Notes under the pieces: generated by a model | The model's database searches: none | The model's input: the letters and a program-made list of their open reading frames with translations, nothing else | What the model was told of the DNA's origin: nothing | Position numbers and translations under genes: made by a program | Virus record (IMG/VR): IMGVR_UViG_3300020042_013351 | Location: 1-64,000 of that record | Source: a virus | Taxonomy: Duplodnaviria > Caudoviricetes | Length of the DNA stretch: 64,000 nucleotides | Direction: 5' to 3' (one strand) | Shown: piece after piece, positions 57,172 through 64,000 of the stretch | Numbering within the stretch: position 1 is the first letter of the stretch | How the letters are laid out: each line of letters opens with the position of its first letter

Positions 57172-58470
57172 ATGGAAAATATATTGAATCAGGTAGAGCA
57201 ATTTATCAATAACAAGCAAAAAACATGGGAGCCTGGTAGAGATTGGGTGCAGTATGCGGGTCCATTCTTTACACATGAAGAGTATATTGCTGCAGTCAAA
57301 AGCTTGCTTGATGGTTGGCTTGTACTAGGTAAGTGTGGATTAGAATTTGAGAGTAAATTCCCTAAATTATTGAATAGACAATTTGGAATACTAACTAACA
57401 GTGGCAGTAGCTCTAATTTAATTATGATGTCTGCATTAACATCTAAACGATTATATAATTTACCAAAAGGTACAAAAGTAATAACACCCATTGCAGGATT
57501 TCCTACAACTGTTAATCCCATTTTTCAAGTTGGCTTTGAACCGGTTTTTGTTGACATTGACATTGATACATTAAATTTAAATCTCGAGCAGGTAGAAGAA
57601 GCTGCTAAAAACGGCGCTAAAGTTATTACCTTTGCACATGTATTAGGAAATCCACCTAATATGTATTTGCTAATGAATATAATTAGAGATTATGATCTCA
57701 TTTTGCTTGAAGATTGCTGTGATGCACTTGGGTCTACATATAATGGTGAACCCCTAGGTAATTTTGGAGAACTCTCAAGCTTTTCATTTTATCCTGCACA
57801 TCACATTACCATGGGTGAAGGTGGTTTTGTATCTTGCAAGACGCATCAACAAGAAGTAGTCGCAAGAAGCTTTAGAGAGTGGGGCAGGGGATGTTATTGT
57901 ACAGGATTAAAAGCTAATCTCCTCAAAAATGGTTCATGTGGCAATAGATTTTCAAATTGGCTGCCTTCATTGCCAGATGAAATTTTTGATCACAAATATG
58001 TGTATGATGAAATTGGCTACAACCTCAAACCCATTGAAGTACAAGCAGCTATAGGTTTAGAGCAGATCAAAAAATTACCAGACATTACTGCTAGACGCAA
58101 ACATAATCATAAACGACTGTGTGAAATATTCTCTAAATATGAAGAGTATTTTATCATACCAAAAGCTACAGAAAAAAGTGATCCAAGTTGGTTTGCCTTT
58201 GCATCGACTATCAAGGATGGCGCACCGTTCAAGCGAGTTGATATTGTTAATTGCCTGGAGAGCAGTAAGATACAGACCAGACCATATTTTGCAGGCAACA
58301 TCATGCTGCAACCTGCTTATGAAGGACTAATGCCTCCTAAAGATGTCATTAGCAAATTTCCTAATGCAAGAAAGGTGACTACAGATACTTTCTTTTTGGG
58401 TACAAGCCCAGTGATTACAGATATTCAAATAGACTACATACAAAGTGTAGTTGACAATTTTTTTAACTAG
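57172..58470 (+). CDS. rfbH: PLP-dependent CDP-4-keto-6-deoxyglucose 3-dehydrase, RfbH/DdhC-like
   Basis: NSGSSSN, EDCCDALG, FYPAHHITMGEGG (His at the Schiff-base position), WGRGCYC, DHKYVY, GYNLK. Confidence 0.85.
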   Translation: MENILNQVEQFINNKQKTWEPGRDWVQYAGPFFTHEEYIAAVKSLLDGWLVLGKCGLEFESKFPKLLNRQFGILTNSGSSSNLIMMSALTSKRLYNLPKGTKVITPIAGFPTTVNPIFQVGFEPVFVDIDIDTLNLNLEQVEEAAKNGAKVITFAHVLGNPPNMYLLMNIIRDYDLILLEDCCDALGSTYNGEPLGNFGELSSFSFYPAHHITMGEGGFVSCKTHQQEVVARSFREWGRGCYCTGLKANLLKNGSCGNRFSNWLPSLPDEIFDHKYVYDEIGYNLKPIEVQAAIGLEQIKKLPDITARRKHNHKRLCEIFSKYEEYFIIPKATEKSDPSWFAFASTIKDGAPFKRVDIVNCLESSKIQTRPYFAGNIMLQPAYEGLMPPKDVISKFPNARKVTTDTFFLGTSPVITDIQIDYIQSVVDNFFN

Positions 58471-58483
58471 CATAAATTATATC

Positions 58484-59107
58484 ATGCTAGATCAACTTGC
58501 TCAAAAATACGGAACAGATAAATCTTCTTTAGGGCATAATTACATACCACACTATGAGCAGGTATTATCTCCTCTGAAAGAACAATCAATTAATCTTTTA
58601 GAAATAGGTGTAAGACAAGGATGGTCACATCAAATGTGGTCAGATTATTTTGCTAATGGATCTATTTATGGGATTGATAATTGCCTCGAGTCTGAATTTA
58701 ATGCAGACCATGCTCACTTGCTGCAAAGAGGTATCAAAATATTTTATGGAAATCAAGAAGATGATGACTTTCTACAAAAACAAGTAAAGACAATATCATA
58801 CGATATTATCATTGATGATGGAGGACATAAAATGAGAGAACAGCAGCTCTCTTTGCTTCATTTGATAGGATCTGTAAAATCAGGTGGACTTTATTTTATT
58901 GAAGATCTTCATACATGTAGTATACATCATTGCTATGAAGGAGGTCAGTATCCGCAAGATTCAACAATTATACTATTGAATAATTTAAAAACCTGTACTG
59001 CAGTACCAACAAGTTTTCTGTCTCAAGCTAATTTAGAGTATATACAATCTAAAATTCTTAATGTCAATTTTTTGAAAGATAATTTAGCTTTAATTGTAGT
59101 AAAATAG
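58484..59107 (+). CDS. Class I SAM methyltransferase (sugar O-methyltransferase-like)
   Basis: YGTDK, LLEIGV, YGID, IIIDDGGH, YFIEDL. Confidence 0.8.
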   Translation: MLDQLAQKYGTDKSSLGHNYIPHYEQVLSPLKEQSINLLEIGVRQGWSHQMWSDYFANGSIYGIDNCLESEFNADHAHLLQRGIKIFYGNQEDDDFLQKQVKTISYDIIIDDGGHKMREQQLSLLHLIGSVKSGGLYFIEDLHTCSIHHCYEGGQYPQDSTIILLNNLKTCTAVPTSFLSQANLEYIQSKILNVNFLKDNLALIVVK

Positions 59108-59165
59108 TATGTTTGTTATACACTGTAAAAAAATTTTATGGTCATTATATTGATCTCAAACGACT

Positions 59166-59807
59166 ATGAATAACTGCTTTCTTCATATATGTACCATTGG
59201 AAATTCATATCAAAAAATTGTAGATGAGATTTTCTACAATTTAGAAACAAGTAATATAACCAAGGATCTTGCAGCTATTTATGTCAATGTTGCAGGTGAT
59301 GGTGAACTAATATTGCCACGTTGGAATAAAATAATACTAAATAAAAACCGATCCAAATTGGAAGATTTTGAATTCTCTACCTTGACACAGTTGAAAACTT
59401 TTGCTGTCAATAGTATCGGAAATATATTGTACATTCACACAAAAGGTGTATCTACACCTGATAATGTTTGTATAGATGAATGGAGAAAATACATGTTGTA
59501 TTTTAACGTTATACAATACAACAAAGCATTAGAATTATTAGATACATGTGATGCAGTAGGGGTAGATCTTGTAGATTCCCCAGTGATGCATTTTTCTGGT
59601 AACATATGGTGGTCCAAATCAACACACATAAGCAGTCTACCCAGCTTTGAGGAGATGCCCATTGTTTTGAGTGAACGACACAAAGCAGAATTTTGGATAT
59701 GCAGCAAACCAACTGGTGCATATAAATCATTACACAATAGCAACATCAATGTGTATGCAAGACATTTAACAAGATACCCAACAAACATGTATGAAATTAA
59801 CAATTAA
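59166..59807 (+). CDS. Hypothetical glycan-island protein
   Basis: ILYIHTKG...WRKYM...HFSGNIWW...AEFWI. Confidence 0.6.
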   Translation: MNNCFLHICTIGNSYQKIVDEIFYNLETSNITKDLAAIYVNVAGDGELILPRWNKIILNKNRSKLEDFEFSTLTQLKTFAVNSIGNILYIHTKGVSTPDNVCIDEWRKYMLYFNVIQYNKALELLDTCDAVGVDLVDSPVMHFSGNIWWSKSTHISSLPSFEEMPIVLSERHKAEFWICSKPTGAYKSLHNSNINVYARHLTRYPTNMYEINN

Positions 59808-60732
59808 CTACTTACCGCACAGTCGTCCTCATTATGCTCTTTGCTTTGTAAAGGAAATTTTGAGAATTAAAAAACCTCTCCTGCAAAATATAGAGATCAA
59901 TTTCCTAACATCAGGAGACAATGCAATCTGGAAAGAGTGCAACTTAAAACTTAAAGAACAGAACGTAGAACACAATTTTTTTGTAGTTCCACATGGAGAC
60001 TACATGGAGAAATTAAACATAGGCTTGCAGCATACTGATAATTACTTTTTTAAGCTGGATGAAGACATCTTTATTCCGCATTTAGTGTGGGAATTTATTC
60101 TGCAAAATTTATCCATCCTGGATGATTCTAAAAATGCTTTTTTAGCTCCAATGCTATCTACAGGCATACCAACTGTTGATTTGTTTATAGATAGCTTTTG
60201 TGATGAAAATGAAAAAAGCAAATTGTATAAAATTTTCTCCGAAACAAGCTTACCTAGCATATGGGGAGCAGATTATTCTGAATTGGAAAATCACACCATC
60301 AAATCAAATGGTTGGCAATCAGAAAATTTTTACAACAGTGTCAGTAAAATAAATCATTATTACAAAGGTGTACATCCGGTACGGTTTTCTGCAGCAGCTC
60401 AAACACTATTGCTGGATATTTGTTTGAATAAATTTGACAAGCTTTGCGATCCAGATAACATGTCTTGTATAATAAACAACAAGCCATATTTCTGCAACAG
60501 TGCGTTTGTAACAACAAAATCATTCTACAGTGACGTCATCAACAGCAAAGAATTGTTTAGAGATCCGTTTGATGAAGTGCCTTTGAACCTCTACATTGAA
60601 CAAAATAATTTAAATAAAGTCTTTATAAAAAATGGATTTGCAGTTCACCCTTCTTATAATACTTTGAACGTATTTGGAGTTGATCATACATCAATTTCTG
60701 ATCAATTTTTTAATCATGTATACTTCCAATAA
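59791..60732 (+). CDS. Putative GT-A-like protein
   Basis: FFKLDEDIF DxD-like motif; island context. Confidence 0.5.
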   Translation: MKLTINYLPHSRPHYALCFVKEILRIKKPLLQNIEINFLTSGDNAIWKECNLKLKEQNVEHNFFVVPHGDYMEKLNIGLQHTDNYFFKLDEDIFIPHLVWEFILQNLSILDDSKNAFLAPMLSTGIPTVDLFIDSFCDENEKSKLYKIFSETSLPSIWGADYSELENHTIKSNGWQSENFYNSVSKINHYYKGVHPVRFSAAAQTLLLDICLNKFDKLCDPDNMSCIINNKPYFCNSAFVTTKSFYSDVINSKELFRDPFDEVPLNLYIEQNNLNKVFIKNGFAVHPSYNTLNVFGVDHTSISDQFFNHVYFQ

Positions 60733-61447
60733 ACAATGGACATTTGGTATTGTTACCAGACATGTCGAAATATTAAATAATTGCATTGCATCCAATGCAG
60801 GTTGCTTTTTGAATGAAATCATTGAGAGCATAAAATTGCTAAATATTCCACAAGATTCATATGAAATTATTATCATAGGAGATAATAATACAAAAGCTGA
60901 TCTAACAATTGAAGATAATTTGCGCATAATATTCTTTGATGAATCTGTAAAGGAAGGGTGGATAACAAAAAAGAAAAATATCCTTGTAGAGCAGTCCAAG
61001 TTTGAAAATATTGTATTGTTGCACGATTATGTCAAATTCAATGAAGACTGGTATCAAGGCTTTGAAACGTTTGATTTTGACTGGGATGTCTGCATGGTAA
61101 AAATCTTGAATAAAGATAATATAAGATGGAGAGATTGGCTCATGTGGCCACATTGCCCTTCTTATGAACATGGATATATGATAGAACACAATGATGTTGT
61201 GTTGGCACCAAATAGACTGTCTTATCTAGACACCAGATATACTAATAACGGAATGTACATAAGTGGAACAGTAATAATTGGAAAGCGAGAATTTCTAATT
61301 AATAATAAATTAAATGAGGAGTTGTGTTGGGGTCAAGGAGAAGATTGTGAATGGTCTTCACGTTGCAGATCTTTTTGGATTTATAAAATGAATTGCAATT
61401 CAACAATTCATTTATTGAAAATGGGACAACATTCAAGTTTATTTTGA
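60716..61447 (+). CDS. GT-A glycosyltransferase-like protein
   Basis: EIIIIGD, GWITKKKN, LLHDYV, WGQGEDCEWS. Confidence 0.65.
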   Translation: MYTSNKQWTFGIVTRHVEILNNCIASNAGCFLNEIIESIKLLNIPQDSYEIIIIGDNNTKADLTIEDNLRIIFFDESVKEGWITKKKNILVEQSKFENIVLLHDYVKFNEDWYQGFETFDFDWDVCMVKILNKDNIRWRDWLMWPHCPSYEHGYMIEHNDVVLAPNRLSYLDTRYTNNGMYISGTVIIGKREFLINNKLNEELCWGQGEDCEWSSRCRSFWIYKMNCNSTIHLLKMGQHSSLF

Positions 61448-61448
61448 T

Positions 61449-62804
61449 ATGCACAAATTAATAATTTTTGACTTGGATGGCGTTTTGATTGAAGCCAAAG
61501 AACTGCATTTCAATACATTGAATCAAGCGCTTTTTGCAGTAGATTCAAAGTACGTTATTAGCCTAGAGGAACACTTGTTGCACTATGATGGATTAAAAAC
61601 TTATCAGAAGTTGGATCTATTAACAAATAACAAAGGACTGCCTAAAGATTCACATAAAGATATTTGGAATTCAAAACAGAAACTCACACAAGCTTCTTTA
61701 AACAATATTAGCAAATCTGACAAGTTGATAAACATATTTCAACACCTAGCAGATTGTGGATACAAAATAGCGTGCTGCTCCAATTCTATCAGAAAGACAG
61801 TTTTGTTGGTGTTGTCTAAATTAGAAATAATAAACTTTTTTGATTTAATTTTATCCAACGAAGATGTAAAACACAGCAAACCATATCCCGAGATTTACTG
61901 GAAAGCTATGTCTGAATTTGGTGCCTTGCCAGAAGAAACCTTAATAGTTGAAGACTCACCAGTAGGCTTAATGGGAGCAGAGCGGGCTGGTGGACATATT
62001 TTAAGAATAGATTCTCCATCTGATTTAACACTTGATCGTTTGATTAACAAAATAAATACGCATAAAAATATGAAAACATTAAAATGGAAGGGTGAAACGT
62101 TGAACGTATTGATACCCATGGCAGGTGCAGGAAGCAGGTTTGAGTCTGCTGGTTATACTTTTCCAAAGCCTCTTATTGATGTCAATGGAAAGCCGATGAT
62201 TCAAACTGTTGTAGAAAATTTAAACGTAGAAGCAAATTTTATATTTGTAGTAAGAAAAGAGCATCGCATAAAATATAATCTAGATATTTTGCTCAATTTA
62301 ATTACACCAAATTGTAAAATTGTGGAAGTAAGTGACCTAACTGAAGGAGCAGCGTGTACGACTCTCTTAGCTAAAGATTTTATTGACAATGATCAACCAT
62401 TGCTCATGGCTAATTCAGACCAATATGTTGATTGGTCTAGTACTGACTTCATATACAAAATGATTGATCGAAAGTTGGATGCTGGCATTTTAACATTTAA
62501 ATCAACACATCCCAAATGGTCCTTTGTCAAATTAAATGAACAAAATTATGTTACAGAAGTAGCAGAAAAGAAACCTATTTCAGACATTGCAACCGTTGGC
62601 ATTTATTACTGGGCAAAAGGTTCCGATTATGTAAAGTATGCAGAACAAATGATTGAAAAAGATATCAGAGTAAACAATGAATTTTATGTTTGCCCTGTAT
62701 TTAACGAAGCCATATTAGACAACAAAAAAATAGGTACGTTTGATATCAAAAGCATGTGGGGGCTTGGTACTCCAGAAGACCTCAATGTATTTTTAAATAA
62801 ATGA
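61449..62804 (+). CDS. HAD phosphatase fused to sugar-phosphate nucleotidyltransferase
   Basis: IFDLDGVL, CSNS, SKPYP, VEDS; then PMAGAGSRF...PKPLI, NSDQ, GLGTPEDL. Confidence 0.85.
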   Translation: MHKLIIFDLDGVLIEAKELHFNTLNQALFAVDSKYVISLEEHLLHYDGLKTYQKLDLLTNNKGLPKDSHKDIWNSKQKLTQASLNNISKSDKLINIFQHLADCGYKIACCSNSIRKTVLLVLSKLEIINFFDLILSNEDVKHSKPYPEIYWKAMSEFGALPEETLIVEDSPVGLMGAERAGGHILRIDSPSDLTLDRLINKINTHKNMKTLKWKGETLNVLIPMAGAGSRFESAGYTFPKPLIDVNGKPMIQTVVENLNVEANFIFVVRKEHRIKYNLDILLNLITPNCKIVEVSDLTEGAACTTLLAKDFIDNDQPLLMANSDQYVDWSSTDFIYKMIDRKLDAGILTFKSTHPKWSFVKLNEQNYVTEVAEKKPISDIATVGIYYWAKGSDYVKYAEQMIEKDIRVNNEFYVCPVFNEAILDNKKIGTFDIKSMWGLGTPEDLNVFLNK

Positions 62805-63226
62805 TATTAATTTCCCATAGAGGCAACACTGAAGGATCAAATAGTTTACTTGAAAATAAACCAGAATATATCAACGAAGCACTAGCTTTTGGGTTTGATG
62901 TAGAAGTTGATGTCAGGTATACTGATGGTTCTCTGTACTTGGGCCATGATGAGTCACAATATTTGACAAATTTAGAGTTTTTAGATAATCCTAGATTGTG
63001 GCTGCATGCAAAAAATGGTGAAAGTCTTCATTTTTTACTCAATCACACAAAATACTCAAATGTATTCTGGCATCAAACAGATGATTTTACCTTGACAAAT
63101 AAAGGATTTATTTGGACTTATCCTAATAAACCACTCTTTAAAAATAGTGTATGTGTTGCTTTAAAAAAAGACACTATTATGTATGATTGCTATGGCATTT
63201 GCAGCGATTATGTTAAATTATATTAG
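62801..63226 (+). CDS. GDPD/PLC-like small phosphodiesterase
   Basis: ISHRGN, EN, VEVDV, LGHD, WLHAKN. Confidence 0.7.
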   Translation: MILISHRGNTEGSNSLLENKPEYINEALAFGFDVEVDVRYTDGSLYLGHDESQYLTNLEFLDNPRLWLHAKNGESLHFLLNHTKYSNVFWHQTDDFTLTNKGFIWTYPNKPLFKNSVCVALKKDTIMYDCYGICSDYVKLY

Positions 63227-63235
63227 TAAGTTTTT

Positions 63236-64000
63236 ATGAAAAAAATAGTATACATTACAGGTTGTTTGGGGTTCATTGGCTCTTACGTGACAAGAGCATG
63301 TCTACAAAAAGGCTGGTATATAAAAGGTGTGGATAAAATTACATATGCAGCCAATAAAAATTTGCTTAAAGAATTTACATCAAATTCCAATTTTTCTTTT
63401 GTTCACACCGACATTAATGATCTTAAATTTTTATATGAATGTGACTATGTAATTAACACTGCTGCAGAGACACATGTTGGTAACTCTATTGTTGATAGTA
63501 GAGATTTTGTCCATTCAAACATTAACGGTGTTCATAATATACTCGAGTTAATTAAAAATTATAGGCAAGAGACTAACAATAAACCTACTTTACTACATTT
63601 TAGTACAGACGAAGTATATGGCGATATTGCGGATGGTGAGCATCTCGAGACCGACATTCTTAAACCGAGTAATCCATATTCTGCAACTAAAGCAGCAGCG
63701 GATATGCTCATTCACGCGTGGAATAGAACTCACAATATTCCATATATTATTCTCCGACCCACAAATAATTATGGAATCGGTCAATATGTAGAAAAATTGA
63801 TTCCAAAAGCGTGTAAATATCTAAATCTTGGCAAAAAAATGCCACTACATAACAATGGTGCACCTATTCGCAATTGGCTACATGCAAAAGATACTGCTGC
63901 AGCTGTAGTGAAAATTATTGATAGCGGCGTTCGAAACGAAGTTTACAATATTTGTGGTGGCTTTGAACAGTCAAATTATGAAACTTTCAAACAGGTAGTA
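63236..64000 (+). CDS. rfbB: dTDP-glucose 4,6-dehydratase-like SDR (truncated by window end; not in ORF track)
   Basis: ITGCLGFIG, DKITYA, AAETHV, STDEVYG, PYSATKAA, NNYG, EKLIP. Confidence 0.88.
   Translation, partial: MKKIVYITGCLGFIGSYVTRACLQKGWYIKGVDKITYAANKNLLKEFTSNSNFSFVHTDINDLKFLYECDYVINTAAETHVGNSIVDSRDFVHSNINGVHNILELIKNYRQETNNKPTLLHFSTDEVYGDIADGEHLETDILKPSNPYSATKAAADMLIHAWNRTHNIPYIILRPTNNYGIGQYVEKLIPKACKYLNLGKKMPLHNNGAPIRNWLHAKDTAAAVVKIIDSGVRNEVYNICGGFEQSNYETFKQVV

Noticed and set aside
112-63784. Many 60-240 aa ORFs nested in or antisense to larger genes
   Set aside because: No motifs, Cys/His/Met-rich composition typical of off-frame reads, and fully overlapped by better-supported CDSs.
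1-64000. tRNA, rRNA or CRISPR arrays
   Set aside because: Intergenic gaps are tiny. The one apparent gap (30909-31437) holds small ORFs. I saw no T-loop/cloverleaf or regularly spaced repeats, though a scan by eye can miss short RNAs.
1-64000. Stop-codon reassignment
   Set aside because: Core genes are full length in the standard code, and TAA, TAG and TGA all end genes at tight junctions.

Overview
This 64 kb window is part of a large T4-like (Tevenvirinae/Kyanoviridae-style) tailed phage genome. It is densely coding in the standard bacterial code, and I saw no tRNA, rRNA or CRISPR array. Left end: tail of a glycan-modification island, including a two-gene cassette flanked by 30-bp direct repeats, then a neck gene and a block of large lectin, propeller and RCC1-type virion proteins (4.1-17.5 kb). 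Middle: a mostly minus-strand T4-like replication and recombination module (primase, RNase H, sliding clamp, SSB, helicase, UvsX, family B polymerase, gp46/47, late sigma gp55, UvsW, UvsY). Scattered through it is a 7-deazaguanine pathway (folE, queD, queE, an atypical queC, a stand-alone class II amidotransferase) plus two glycosyltransferases; I recognised no dpdA in the window. At 43-50 kb is a cluster of late proteins whose N-termini resemble the T4 capsid-targeting sequence, including a PD-(D/E)xK nuclease, a ligase-fold protein and a HUP nucleotidyltransferase. Right end: a glycan biosynthesis island (54.7-64 kb). Most notable: late promoters (TAAATA) usually sit exactly 5 nt before the start codon, implying leaderless mRNAs; QueC has lost three of four Zn ligands; and there is a putative capsid-packaged enzyme payload. 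All product calls come from motif recognition by eye, not database searches.
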